From Octopus sinensis (taxonomy: Eukaryota), in the NCBI RefSeq assembly GCF_006345805.1, contig NC_043000.1, forward strand, positions 63,922,001 to 63,986,000: a DNA stretch of 64,000 nucleotides, written 5' to 3'. A model generated the notes under the pieces. The model did no database searches and was not told where the DNA came from. It saw only the letters and a program-made list of their open reading frames with translations. Shown one piece after another: positions 13,131-26,200 of the stretch; position 1 is the first letter of the stretch, and every line of letters starts with the position of its first letter. The position numbers and the translations under genes were made by a program.

Positions 13131-14013
13131 TGACAGGAGAATCCATAATATTTATATATATATATATATATAATGCAACAAAAGTAGTGAATATGTACAC
13201 AGAACAATCAACATATTCATTATAATAATAGTCAATTCATGTTGCCAACTCACATTTCTGAAGTATTATCTTTCTCATAGCAACCACAAACCAGATGTAT
13301 TTATTCACCTCCAACAATAGACAATAGTCACCATATTTCATTCCATATCAGCCACCTCTGATGAGTGCAGGGTTAGATAATCAGATTGTTACCTAACACT
13401 ACACTGAATCCCTTGTGTAAAGATTGGCCGTAATAGATATATAATACTGTAAACTTCAGATAATATACCCACTCTATTAACAGATATATAAGTGCAATTT
13501 TTACCTGACTTATGGACTCTAAGATGACTTACATGCAAACATATATATATATACACACACACGCTACCTATCCATTACATGATGGGTAAGTTTGGAAGTA
13601 TACTTTTACTACCAGGGGTAATATCAGGAAATATAGCATACATACAATCATTATAACTTTTATCAAATGTTTTGGTGCTTATACAAAATAATGAAATGAT
13701 TACTAATTCTGAAAAGGAAAATATGTATTACTTTAAAATTGAATTCTGCGAATTTCTCATTTGCATAACTTATCCCATAACTACTCTGCCATTCACTTCC
13801 TCTCCTCCTCAGTTTTTATGATTCTTTCTCTCTCATTGTTTTTTTTTTGTAGCATTTTTTTACTCTTTGTCAGCCACCAAGACTCATGTGTGTAATTATC
13901 CTGTATCTCTTATGTTAACTCCCTTTATACCTCTCTTTCACTTTCCCTCCCCATCTCTCTATAGAATGTAAAGTATCATTGGAGAAATCAACCAACATTT
14001 ATTTTTGCTATTA

Positions 14014-14050
<37 letters not shown>

Positions 14051-14229
14051 CATGTGTGCGTGTGTGTGTGTGTGTGCTTGTGTGCATGTGCATATGCATA
14101 TGCATGTGTAGTGTGTGTATGTGTGTATGTATGTACATATGAGGAACAAGGGAGACTATGACATGCTAACTAAACCAGAGAAAAATAGCATCAAAATTGC
14201 CATAAAACCATAATGTTGATCCTAAAAAC

Positions 14230-14560
14230 TTTAGGATACAAAACTCAACATCAAAAATATAATGGTCCATGACCTAATTGCTATTTTTAAGTCAGAAAAA
14301 TTTACTGGATACAATTATTTCATTCTCAGAAAACAAACTGAAACCAATTGATTTATCACTTGAATTTAAAAAGCTTCAACACAAAGGCAATTATTGAAAA
14401 TTGTTGGACTGAACCAGATGGGTAAATTGACCATGTCTTTTCTCATGATCAGCCCCATCTTGGTGCTTCAAGAGTTAGAAACGCTGAGGGTTCCTTCATC
14501 ATAGTACCACAGGGAAAAAACAAAGAATATTGTTTTTACTTCCTACTATTGTGAACATTG
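14230..14560 (+). pseudogene. Helitron Pif1-type helicase C-terminal remnant
   Basis: Frameshifted LKPIDLSLEFKKLQ / STQRQLLKIVGLN / VFSHDQPHLGASRVRNAEG correspond to helicase motifs PFEFKRLQF / SQGQTLKIVGL / FSHGQLYVA.SRV. Confidence 0.7.
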
Positions 14561-14694
14561 ACAGAGGTCACATTTTATCAGTCAATTAATTTGTAATGTG
14601 CATCAAAATCAGCAGATTACTGCATGGTGTTACTTTGATAGAATATCTGAGTAATGCTAGATAGAGCCTCGCATAATTGGCTATGACAGTTATA

Positions 14695-15053
14695 TCATCA
14701 TCATTGTTTAACGTCCGTTTTCCATGCTAGCATGGGTTGGACGGTTCGACCGGGGATCTGGGAAGCCAGAAGGCTGCACCAGGCTCCGGTCTTATCTGGC
14801 AATGTTTCTACAGCTGGATGCCCTTCCTAACGCCAACCACTCCGTGAGTGTAGTGGGTGCTTTTTATGTGCCACCTGCACAGGTGCCAGGCAAGGCTGGC
14901 AACAGCCACGATCGGATTGGTGCATTTTACGTGCCACCTGCACGGAAGCCAGTCGAGGCGGCACTGGCTTCGGCCACGATTCGGATGGAGCTTTTTACGT
15001 GCCACCGACACGGAAGCCAGTCGAGGTGGCGCTGGCATCGGCCACGATTCGGT
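14695..15053 (-). mobile_element. SINE family C ((CAT)n tail, ggatgcccttcctaacgccaacc domain) with a ~63-bp minisatellite x3
   Basis: catcatcattgtttaacgtccgttttccatgc end; tttt(a/t)(t/c)gtgccacc...ccacgat(t)cgg repeated at ~14861, 14925 and 14990. Confidence 0.85.
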
Positions 15054-15054
15054 G

Positions 15055-16075
15055 AAGAATAATGAGTCTGTCATAGAAGTTCAGCGTGAGTTTTGGTGCC
15101 ACTTCAACATTCACCAAAATCAGGCTGTTCCCACCCGTAACACAATCTTACATTCGGTAAATTCACTTTTTACGTGAGGTACACAAATGAACAGGAGACC
15201 GAAGGGGGACTCATGAATGGTACAGACCCTGGAAAATGTGAACTGCATCAGACAAGTTTTGATACAGAGACTGAATCACTCTGTTTGGAGGCATTCCACT
15301 TAACTTGGCATTGGTAATCGAAAGGTGTATTTTGCAAGAAGATCTGCATTTCCACTTGGACAAATTGGTCTTTGAGAAACAGTTGAAACCATGGAATTAT
15401 TATGCACAGCGGCTTAGCTTTGCACATCAGATGGAAGCAATTTTTGAGGCAAATGATAACCTCATTTTGTTAATGAATGATGAAGCTCATCTTCATCTCA
15501 ATGGTATGGTGAATCAAGAAAATGGTTGTTACTGGGCTCTGGAAAATCTTAGAGAACTGCACAAAAGACCACTGTACAGCCCAAAAGTGATGGTCTAGTG
15601 TGCTGTTGAAAAGCTGCCATCATTGGTGTTTGATTTTTTTGAAGACAATAACGGAAATTCTGTTACTGTGAACTCTGAGCGTTACATTGAGATGATAAAC
15701 AACTTCTTTGTGCCTGAATTATGACGAAAAAATTATACCTATTTGATGTGTGTGGTCCACACAGTCAAGGCATCAACTGACATTTTACGCTCTCACTTTG
15801 GTGACTTCCTCATTTCCAGGTTTGCTGACATTCTTTGGCCCCCTTGGTCCCCTGATTTGTCCATGCGTGATTATTTCTTGTGGGGAAACCTCAAGGCATG
15901 TGTGTACGTGCATCAGCCCCGTATACTGGACAATTTGAAGAAAGCTATTCACGTGGAAGTCACCCAAATTGACAGAGCAATGCTGGAGAGAGTGGAGACC
16001 AACTTCCAAGGATGCCTTCAGAAATGCATCAATGAAAATGGACAGCACGTGATGGATGTTGTTTTCCACACTTGA
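15055..16075 (+). pseudogene. Tc1/mariner transposase relic, maT/DD37D-like, 5' truncated
   Basis: HTH remnant VQREFWCHFN...PTRNTI; first catalytic D in MNDEAHLHLNG; TVNSERYIEM; WPPWSPDLSMRDYFLWG; TIRs not found. Confidence 0.9.
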
Positions 16076-16104
16076 TTTCAACAAATGCTACATTCAATAT
16101 GAAC

Positions 16105-16350
16105 ACAGACATGTGTACCCTTAACGTAGTTCTCGGGAAGATTCAGTGTGACAAGGCTGGCACTTTGAAATACAGGTACAAACAGAAACAGGAAGAAAGA
16201 GCGAGTGAGAGAAAGTTGTGGTGAAAGAGTACAGCACCACCTCCTGCTGGGGCCTCATGGAGCTTTAGGCGTTTTCGCTCAATAAACAGTCACAACCGCT
16301 CGGTCTGGGAATCGAAACCGCAATCCTACGACCGCAAGTCTGCCACCCTA
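16105..16350 (-). mobile_element. SINE family B variant, composite/partial
   Basis: cagacatgtgtacccttaacgtagttctcggg...ggaatcgaaaccgcaatcctacgaccgcaagtc head on the minus strand. Confidence 0.75.
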
Positions 16351-17279
16351 GTTTTGATAAATAAATTAAAGATTAACTCTTGTTCTTATCTGAAATGAAA
16401 CAAGGAGAAAATGAACATTAAACAAAATCTCTTTCTTAATGGTTTTATGCTGTGTTTTTATATCAACTATAGATATCTTAGTAAATGTGTACATCTAACT
16501 ATGGTATGTTTAGTTTCACAAACTTCCATTGTGTTTCTCTATCAAGGTTCCATAAAACATTCATTACCATTCCATTTTAGATTATCCTTCTTGTTTGGAT
16601 ATTCTTTGACTGATCATCATATATTCAAATGTAATATTTATTTCAAATTTTGGCACAAAGCCAGCAAGTTCAGGGCAGGGGTAAGCCAATTACATCTTGG
16701 ATTATAGGTATAATGTTGTACTGGGTAAATATGAGTGATCACTCTTTCAGTGACTATTACAATAAACCTTAGGTACTTAAAATAAAGAAAGTGCATTCCT
16801 TTGGTCCTTTGATTTGCTTAAAATAGCAGCTAAATTCACTGAAATCATACTCTACCATCTTAAAAAGAGGTCACTTTGAATAATGTAGTTCTAGAGATAC
16901 AGAAGGAGGGGGTGGTCATGGCTGGAATGCCGTTTATCATAGTTTTACTGGATCTAGGCTAACTTGGTGTTAGGCAAAAACAACAACCTTTAATACTAAA
17001 CTCTTGAATGTCATTAATTTTGTTGGTTTTAATTGAAACTAGCAGACATAACCGGCATTGCTCAGGACTTAAATGGCTTAGTTTGTAGATATGGTGCAGT
17101 TAAGTTGAAACATGTGATAAGGGGAAGTGCAGTATTGATGACAAAACATTGATGGAGTAAATGAAGGGCTAATTCAACTAAGTGACATGAAATGCATCTG
17201 TTTGGAAGATTCCAGGTCCTAACCTTGTCATGGAAAAGTGGATAGTGAGTATGTGATTTTTGAATGCACCAAAAAACTC

Positions 17280-17967
17280 TCAGTGGATATACTTTCCTTT
17301 GTGGCTGTCGGTGCTGCCACTACCATGCTGAATATTCAGCAGACATAGAAACTACATCTATGTGATAAATTAAGCCTCTGGGTGTGCTCAACAGCACCAC
17401 ATGAGAGAAATCTACATAAAAAAATAACATGGTAAGGAGGGTGGCAGATTGGTTGAAGCTGTTAATGCAGCATTACTGGCCAGGCAAATACCATGCTTTC
17501 CATTGCTCTTACAGTAGATGTACATGCAGCATTTTGTGATTGTCTAATTGAAGTCTCATGTGATGATTCATTTGCTCTTCTTCTTTTCAATTGCTCTGCT
17601 ACCACCATTTTTCGACCAATGAAGGATCGCTTCTTTGGAGACATTATGTCAATGAGTATGATGTAATAAACTAAGATGACAACTGTATGTTAATAATGAA
17701 ATTTCAATAAAAAAAGATAAATAATATCAATATCTTAACAAATTTTAAGAAGTTACTTCACAAAAAGCTACCCACCTTCTCCAAAGTAGTCGACTTCCTT
17801 AGGAGATGTTTTCTGGTCCCAGATGCACCATTACTCATTATGTGAAAAATTTTAAGAGTTTAAAACCATCTCTGGAACATAAGTAATGTATGCTCCCAGT
17901 TTTAAGAAAATCAGTTGTTATGCAGGGTTTACACACACAAACACACGTTGTGTTTTATATATGTAGG
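17280..17967 (-). mobile_element. Helitron 5' fragment
   Basis: Minus-strand start cctacatatataaaac + (GT)n + aacaactgattttcttaaaactgg, typical of non-autonomous Helitrons; short ORF MSPKKRSFIGRK...RRRANESSHETSIRQSQ resembles Helitron RepHel N-termini. Confidence 0.55.
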
Positions 17968-18809
17968 TATAAACTATACACTGTCTTATCAAAAGTACTG
18001 AATTTGATACATGCCCCAATTTGACTTCTTGTTTCTTTCTTTCAATGTTTCATGTTATCTAGAGGCTGTAGAAATTTATGACTAGACCTGCTGGCATATG
18101 GTTCACTTGTAATACTAGAAGTGAAATTAAGATCTTAGGAAATGGATACTGACAATATTTTGCATGCTAACAAATTTACTTAACATATTAGCTTATCTTT
18201 TAATATCAAGTCATTGTTTACTAACATTAAATTTAAAAGTGATCTTCTAAATAGGATGCAACAAAGAAAAAAGTGCAATACCAGGCCTTTATCTTACAAA
18301 CTGGTGTGGTTAAAGTTAGGGTTAAAGCCATTTGTGGTATAATTTTGTTAGCAATCATGTGTTATGATTTTGTTTTCTGATACACACATGCATGCACACA
18401 CACACATGCATGCACACACACACACACACCCATCTGCGCGTGCACACACACACACACACATTAATATGAGTTTAGAGGGATACATTATCTGGGCAGATAC
18501 CAAGGTAACTTTCAGTTATGTTCCAGGTTATGGCTAACTACATTTATTAATATTTAATGTCTGTGACTATTAGGTGTTGTCACTCATGCTGAATATTCCT
18601 CTGATAGGTAATTCCATGTTCGCTTCACTGGATTGATATATCATCTGGAGTGTAACCACAAAAATATGATCATAACCATAAAAATATGTGATTTGACATA
18701 CTGTAAAATAAAAGGAAATAAATTTTGAGGATGTACCAGTCTTCATATTCTCTATCATCATAATTATTGTGTGTGTGTGCGTGCATGAGTGCGTGCATGC
18801 ATGCGTGTA

Positions 18810-18895
18810 CATTTATGAATTTGTTTTGCAAAATACCTGGTGTGAAATCGTGTGTTGAAACAGGTATTGTTATATTTCAGGATGGTCTATAGTGT
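18810..18895 (-). mobile_element. Short PLE pseudo-LTR end fragment
   Basis: gtgttgaaacaggtattgttatatttcaggatggtc matches 23025-23065; lies next to (TA)n 18940-19012. Confidence 0.7.
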
Positions 18896-18967
18896 GTGTG
18901 TTTATTTGACAAGAAAAAATATTTTGACAAAATATAACAATATATATATATATATATAATATATATA

Positions 18968-19013
<46 letters not shown>

Positions 19014-19274
19014 TATATCAGAAATGTCTATTTTAAAAAAGTTTTTTTTCATTTGTATGCTGTTACTAATAGCATCACATGTTATAGTATGGCAGTAAGT
19101 CCTCTTTGTAACCTGTATCAAGTTGGAAATTCTTAAATTCATATACATCTTTGTTTGCTTTTAGAAAAACTTGAATGCCACAACTTCCCATTTCCCTACT
19201 ACCAATGGTCAATACTTCAAGCATCTCTAAGAGCCTATTATGATGTCACTCTTTGCTTCAGCTATCAGACTTTT

Positions 19275-19680
19275 TCCTTGCATGGCACATTGGGCAAGAA
19301 TCTTCTACTATAGCCTTGGACCCACAAAGGCCTTGTGCGTAGATTTAGTGAACAGAAACTGGAAAAAGCCCATCGTGTGTGTGTGTGTGTGCGTGTGTGT
19401 GTGCGTGTGCATGCGTGTGTGTGTGCATGTGTGTGTGCATGCATGTGTGTCTTTGTGTTGGTGTTTGTCTTCCATCACTGCTTGATAACTAGTGTTGGTG
19501 TGTTTACATCCCCATAACTTCGTGGTTTGGCAAAAGGCACCAACAGAATAAGTATCAAGCTTAAAAAATCAAAAAATAAGTACTGGGTCAATTAATTCAT
19601 CTAAAAATTCTTCAATGCAGTACCCCAGCATAGCTGCAGTCTAATGACTGAAACAAGTAAAAGACAAAACGATAAAAGAT
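19275..19680 (+). mobile_element. SINE family A copy
   Basis: ggcaagaatcttctactatagcc...gtctaatgactgaaacaagtaaaaga. Confidence 0.85.
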
Positions 19681-21499
19681 ATAGCTAGAGTAAAGAATGT
19701 TTGGGTTATTAGTATGGTGACAGTACTTTTTTGAGTATCTGAGCAGAAATTTTCACCACATATTCTTGCTTATGTCTCTTTCTGATAGCAAGTGAAGAAG
19801 TTTAGAGACATCTTATCTGGGGAGGATTGGCAGTGTATCACAAATTTTGCCCATAAGGGGTTTTAAATACTGCAGTTTATAGAAACAGGGATCTGTTTTT
19901 TTGTGAAAATGTTGAAGTATGGCAAATTAGTCCTTCAAGTAATAATGGTTGAACTAGCTGCAATGTATTGTAAGAGATGAAGACAGAACAAACAGTTTCA
20001 ATACAAAGGAAAATAAAGTTAAAAATTACACAAGAAACAAAATGTACTCTTACAGTTGGATATAAATCAACATTGAAGCATTACTGCTAAGGATTAAGAG
20101 CATTGATCTTCTTAATGAAGAATGATAATGAAATAAACCATAATTTCGTGATGCCATTTCTTCCATTATTGTTGACATTGTAACTGGTCATTATTATCTC
20201 ATTCTTTGTTTATCATGTTCTTCATCTCCATAATTGATTTGATATGTTAGCCCATTGTTTCCATCATCCTTATCATTAATTTGAAAGCTTCATGTTTTTT
20301 TTTATTCTGCTTTGGTTGGTGCAACAATGGTTACTTTTGTATTATACTTACACAGCTAAGGTTGTTATAATTATAGTTTGTGTTGTGATAGCAGTGATTA
20401 AGTTAGTGTTGTAGCAATTCTGTAATTTGTATTGTAGTAGCAATATTTTTAGTTTCAATTATATTAACTATATCTTGGTTTCTATCAGAGTAACTATAAT
20501 GGTTTGTCGTTAATCTTTTAATATACTATCAGATTAAACTGTTAATTTATATAAAACAGCTGACTTTCTTTTTGACCTTTTAGCTTGGTTTTAAATTCTG
20601 AAAAAAACTTCCCATTTGAATAGTTAATATTACAATCTTTGATTTCAAAGTCAATTAAATTGCTCATCTTTAGTCTGATTATAGTTTTGTTTCTACTGTA
20701 AGGTTTATTCTGCTTTGATAATTTGTATTTAAAAAATTTGGAAAATGCCATGCTGGAAACAAAACTGTTGCTATTTCAAAGACATCTTTAATCTTTCATG
20801 AAGACTTCTTGAATACCAATTTTGAAAATTGGACAAATATTCAGGTTACTGGCTGATTAGGTGATTTAACTCTTGACAAAAAGCCAACTGAGATATTAGT
20901 CATTTTTCACTAACTTTTAAATAACAACACAGATTTCAGAAATTTGCTTAGCTTCACTCTTCTTTTGGAACTTTTCCAAAAAGTAATGGTAAATCTATGA
21001 GTTGATTTCCTTCTTCCTCTGCTATTTCTTTAATTAAATTATTGAAGTTGTTGACTTTATAATTTTGTAGCTCCACCAAATTTAATGAAGGTCACTGCTG
21101 CCTAAGTCATTAAGATGATGCCTTACCAGCTTGTAGGTGAACTGCATATATCATATTGTTCCGGTGTTGTTTAACTCCAAGTCAGCATTGAACATATGGA
21201 CATATGACCAATCATTCCAGCCGTAACAACCTTGTCTTTGTTTTTGAAACACAGTGTATCTTAGGCAACATTATCCAATGCATTCTGCCCTTTTGATTGT
21301 GATATAAAGGTGGTTTAGTTATCTGATCAAGAGAGTTTTTACATGGTCAAGCAACCATGTAGTGACTCTGTTGTTGGTTCAACAATTTATATCTTCTTAT
21401 GAGTATTGTACTATGTTTCTGATTGCTCTATGTCCTGAGTATGACTTGAAACTGCATCTGATAGTGAAGCCCTAGTTGAGGAATTCTGGAAATTTGAGG

Positions 21500-21960
21500 A
21501 GTGTGGAACCACCTCTAAGCCATTGTTGTTCCCAATACTACTCTGACCCAGAGTAGTAGCACCTGTTAGGATCCAGTATCTGGGTTAATTAGCTTATTAG
21601 GGTTTGTCTAACTATGCATGTGAAGACTGGATCCAGAAGACTCTGTGGAAGAAATCTTCACGGTCCAACAGACGGGAAGGTGGCTGCAGAAATACATTGT
21701 AAAGTGTAGAGAGCATGATGAGGCAAATAAGACATCTTATATCTTGGTTATCCGCTGTATCTGTCTCCATCCCCAGTCATCTTGACATGGTCTTGCCACT
21801 GAATTAAAGATGGTCATGGACAAGAGAGTGAGTCTGATTGTATCCAACTCTTCTTCACTTTAAACAAAATCACTGTGCAAGTCATCAGCTATCTTTGGAT
21901 GACTAGCTGGTCCTCATCTATCCAACAGACAAACATGGATGTTTCTGCAAATACTTAAGT
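21500..21960 (-). mobile_element. Degraded RTE-like LINE 3' end
   Basis: Repeat-like segment (ctactctgacccagagtagtagcacctgttaggatcc) with a weak VG.RP.TSY-like frame on the minus strand. Confidence 0.35.
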
Positions 21961-22439
21961 CCTAATATCTCACTCATGGTCGTAAATAAGCACAGTTGTG
22001 CAGTTCAGTACATTGTTACTCATAAACAGAGTGCTGTATAACTGACAGATGTTTTCTTAGTTCTCTAGGCTTGTTGTAAATCTCACTAATAGTCAGAAAA
22101 TGACAATATGATACCCCAGCAGTGTATTTCCACTTCAATAACCACAGAAAACAAGAGGAAGTCTTTGGTGGTATTCCAGTAGTGCAATGAGTTATATAGC
22201 CTATTCCTTTTCTCTTCTAATATCCATATACAGAAATTGTATAAGATTTCTATAATTAAATATTATTTTGTTCTAACGAACATTGTGACTTGAAACATAA
22301 TATTATGTATACCTGTCATGTTATTTAATCTATCTCTAATTACTATGAATATTTATCAGACACACAAATACATGCACTCACACACATAGATACATATATA
22401 ATATATATATGTATGTGATATATGTAATATCTTTTATCT

Positions 22440-22815
22440 ATTACTTTTACTTGTTTCCGTCATTAGACTGTTGCCATACTGGGGCACTGCCTTGAAGAAT
22501 TCTAGTCAAACGAATCGACCCCAGTACTTATTTTTTTCTATAAAGTCCTGGTACTTATTTTATTGGTCTCTTTTGCTGAACCGCTAAGTTACAGGAACAT
22601 AAACACACCAACACCAGTTGTCAAGCAGTGATGGGGAACAAACACAGATACACACACATATATACATGATGAGCTATAAAATCCATTCACAAGGATTTGG
22701 TCAGCCAAAGGCTATAGTAGAATACACTTGCCCAAGTTGCCATGCAGTGGGACTGAACTCAGAAGCATATAGTTGGGAAGCAAACTTCTCAACCAAACAG
22801 CCATGCTTGCACCTA
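22440..22815 (-). mobile_element. SINE family A copy
   Basis: Colinear with 8269-8670. Confidence 0.85.
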
Positions 22816-22829
22816 TATAACATATAATG

Positions 22830-22956
<127 letters not shown>

Positions 22957-23159
22957 ATGTATATATATATATATATATTAGTACGTTTAAATATTTGTTG
23001 TGCAAGATTTTTTATGTGAAGTCATGTGTTGAAACAGATATTGTTATATTTCGGAATGGTCATATTGCCAGTTTAGCCAATAAAAACACACACACTATAT
23101 ATTTGGTGTTATTTTACCTCAGTGTTATTTATTTTTTACATTAATCTTAATCTTATTTC

Positions 23160-23204
23160 AGCCAGAGTTCTTTCGTCACACTCCTGTGACTGCATCAATG
23201 GTCC
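23160..23204 (-). ncRNA. Hammerhead-ribozyme-like motif (type I, minimal, variant core), left arm
   Basis: ggacca-TTGATGC-a-gtcaca(ggag)tgtgac-GAAA-gaac-TC-tggct on the minus strand, in the sense of the PLE ORF. Confidence 0.6.
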
Positions 23205-23549
23205 TTTGTTTTCTTCTTTCTTATTTGTGTCTCTCCTTACTAACCGTCAGCCATTTTGTATTTCTATTGTATGTCTTCATTTGCGCATGCTTATATCTCT
23301 ATGTGCGTCTATGTTTATTTAGTGTGTGTATGTGGGGGGATGCCTGTAATATTTGTATCTTCTGTTTATATATGTTCATGTAATTTTCATGTAATTTGTA
23401 TTTTGTTTTTTGTTTTTGTTGTTTTTATTTATTCTTATTTTGTTCATGTGTTTACATCCACTTATTATTATCATTACATATGCTTGTATGTATGTATGTA
23501 TGTATGTATAACAACAATACTAGTAATAATAATAATAAATCGAATCGAA

Positions 23550-23598
<49 letters not shown>

Positions 23599-23599
23599 T

Positions 23600-23649
<50 letters not shown>

Positions 23650-23707
23650 TTTATTTCTATTAGTTTATTTATCTGTGTATTTATTATGTTTTCAGGATCC
23701 TCTATCG

Positions 23708-24535
23708 TCATATGTTGTGGTGTATGTTAGTGCTCCATTCTAGTTTTCTATTCAGGCTAGGTTTATTTTCTATTATGTGTGTAGCTTCTATAATTTGTCT
23801 AATTGTTGCATCTGTTCTATGTGTGGACAATATTTTAATTTCTATGTTATTGATTGATCCCCCATGTTCCTGTTTGGCGTGTTGGTACAGAATCGATGAG
23901 CTTTTACCTTCCTTGAGTTGTCTTCAATGTTCGTTTACCCGCTCTCCTATGCTTCTTGCCGTTTCCCCTACGTATGTCGTTGTCTTGTTACTGCATCGTC
24001 CCTCTATACATCTTATACTATAGACTACATTTCTGGCTTTACAGTTTGTTTGTGGGCTAAATCTACATACAGTACAGTACTTATCCGTACAAGGGGTTCT
24101 ACTAAAAGTATAGGTTCTACCAATTATAGATTTGATAGGGTTGCCTGGCTTTTCAACAACCTTAATTCTTAGCTTAAGTTTGTCTAGGATCCTTCTAAAG
24201 CGGTACGCCAGTTCACCTCCAGGGGTGGTGTCAACGAACATAACACCCTGGTATTTATGGCTATCATACCAAGAGTTGGCCTTCCCTATTTTCTTTTTTG
24301 TCCTTTCTATAGTGTTCCATGACTTGTTCCTATAGAGTGGGCAAATCCCATTCCTATCATTACATAATATATTATCAAATTTCTTCATGGCTCCTTTGTA
24401 TACTCTGATCCTTTCTTTATGGCTGTAACCTGAGAACTGCATGCGGTGAATGAAATATTGTATGTGTCTCTTTAACTCTGTGGGCTCGCACATGCGTGAC
24501 ACATTTCTCATTATTCTGACGAGGTCTGCCATCAA
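23708..24535 (-). pseudogene. PLE RT-thumb/linker/GIY-YIG endonuclease, one premature stop
   Basis: QFSGYSHKERIRV; VMFVDTTPGGELA; linker CTDKYCTVC (C-x4-C-x2-C); NVVYSIRC..C..YVGETARSIGERVNEH*; the frame continues ...ILYQHAKQEH...RQIIEA..I.NKPSLNRKLEW to a stop at 23708. Confidence 0.93.
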
Positions 24536-24640
24536 AATATTGAAAACTAGAATGGAGCACTAACACACACCACAACATATGACGATATAGGATCCTGAAA
24601 ACATAATAAATACACAGATAAATAAACTAATAGAAATAAA

Positions 24641-24707
<67 letters not shown>

Positions 24708-25055
24708 CGATTCGATTTATTATTATTATTACTAGTATTGTTGTTATACATACATACATACATACATACATACATACATACATACAAGCATATGTAATGA
24801 TAATAATAAGTGGATGTAAACACATGAACAAAATAAGAATAAACAAAAACAAAAAAAAATACTAATTACATGAAAATTACATGAACATATATAAACAGAA
24901 GATACAAATATTACAGGCATCCCTCCACATACACACACTAAATAAACATAGATGCACATAGAGCTATAAGTATGCGCAAATAAAGACATACAATAGAAAT
25001 ACAAAATGGCTGACGGTTAGTAATGAGAGACACAAATAAGAAAGAAGAAAACAAA

Positions 25056-25100
25056 GGACCACTGATGCGGTCACAGGAGTGTGACAAAAGAACTCTGGCC
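25056..25100 (+). ncRNA. Hammerhead-ribozyme-like motif, right arm
   Basis: ggacca-CTGATGC-g-gtcaca(ggag)tgtgac-AAAA-gaac-TC-tggcc. Confidence 0.6.
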
Positions 25101-25325
25101 GAAATAAGATTAAGATTAATATAAAAAATAAATAACACTGAAGTAAAATAACACCAAATATATAGTGCGTGTGTTTTTATTGGCTAAACTGGCAATATGA
25201 CCATTCCGAAATATAACAATATATATATATATATATAGATAGATAAATTTTATCTAGTCCTTATTCTTAATGCAAGTTTTGAAGAGTGCAGTTCAATTTT
25301 AACAGTTATTTTTTCAAAGCTATAA

Positions 25326-26200
25326 TGGAAGTGACAAAGGAACATATTCGACATATTTTGCTTTATGAGTTCAATAAAGGCAACAGTGCAACAGAAAGTG
25401 TGAGCAATATCAATGCAGTATATGGGGAGGAACTAGCAGAGAAGTTTGGATTTGGTCATTCAACCATTCATCAACACCTGCCTGCGTGCCATCAGAAAAG
25501 CCAGCAAATTGGGTCAATGGGTTCCTCACAAACTTTCCAAGTCTAATCGCATGCAGAGAGTAAATATGTGCTCTTCTTTGCTGCCGCATCTCTCAAATTA
25601 ACCTTTTTTGGACTGAATAGTGACTAGTGACAAGAAATGAGTTCTCTATAAAAAAAGTCAAGTGCTGAAGACAGTGGGTAGGGAAAGGAGAAATAGCAGC
25701 AGCACCCCCCCCACCCCCCGGCTAAAGAAGGTCTTCACCCACATAAGGTGTTGTTATCTGTTTGGTGGGATATGAAAGATTTAGTCCACTTTGAATTTTT
25801 AAGCCCAAACCAAACAATAGCAGAGATCTAGTGCAAGCAGTTTGAGTGGCTTAAGTCAGTATTAGAAGAAAAGCAAGCATCTTTGGTTTCAAAACGAAAG
25901 GTGCTCTTCCATCAGGATAATGCTTGGCCACATACAGCAAGGATGACATCCCAAAGGCTGGAGCAGTTTGAATGAGAAATAATGCCTCACCCACCATATT
26001 TGCTGAACATTTCCGCTTCTGATTATCATTTATTCCATAGTCTTCAAAATCATTTGGATAGAAAAAATATGAATTCTGTTGACAAGATCAGAACAGTACT
26101 GGAGGAGTATTTTTCATCACAGACCAGTGAATTTTGGAAGGGGGGCCTTGCTAGTCTACCAGATAGATGGAAGTGTGTTGTAGAAAATTAAGGAGAGTAT
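25326..26200 (+). pseudogene. mariner DD34D transposase relic with internal deletion
   Basis: MEVTKEHIRHILLYEFNKG HTH; VTSDKK*VLY (vtgDEkW); LHPHKVLLSVWWD; HQDNAWPH; HPPYLLNISASDYHLF (YSPDLAPSDYHLF); no TIRs seen. Confidence 0.9.

Larger units (their letters stand above)
22977..25222 (-). mobile_element. Penelope-like element, 5'-truncated, with inverted pseudo-LTR arms, embedded in (TA)n
   Basis: Arms 23038-23748 and 24542-25222 are reverse complements (~95%); the spacer encodes RT C-terminus and GIY-YIG; (TA)n on both outer sides. Confidence 0.93.

Noticed and set aside
14861-15053. CRISPR-like array
   Set aside because: Whole ~63-bp units are repeated with no unique spacers; eukaryotic SINE context with no cas genes.
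20221-20283. Cadherin-like DKDDGNNGLTYQINYGDEE on the minus strand
   Set aside because: The frame is closed by stops on both sides and lacks the other cadherin-repeat motifs.
23922-23926. Selenocysteine read-through of the in-frame TGA in the PLE endonuclease
   Set aside because: Sec-coding PLEs (Naiads) have an N-terminal EN and multiple UGA codons at Cys positions. This is one TGA at a non-Cys position (Arg in the 10.8-kb relative) in a C-terminal-EN element, and no SECIS is evident.
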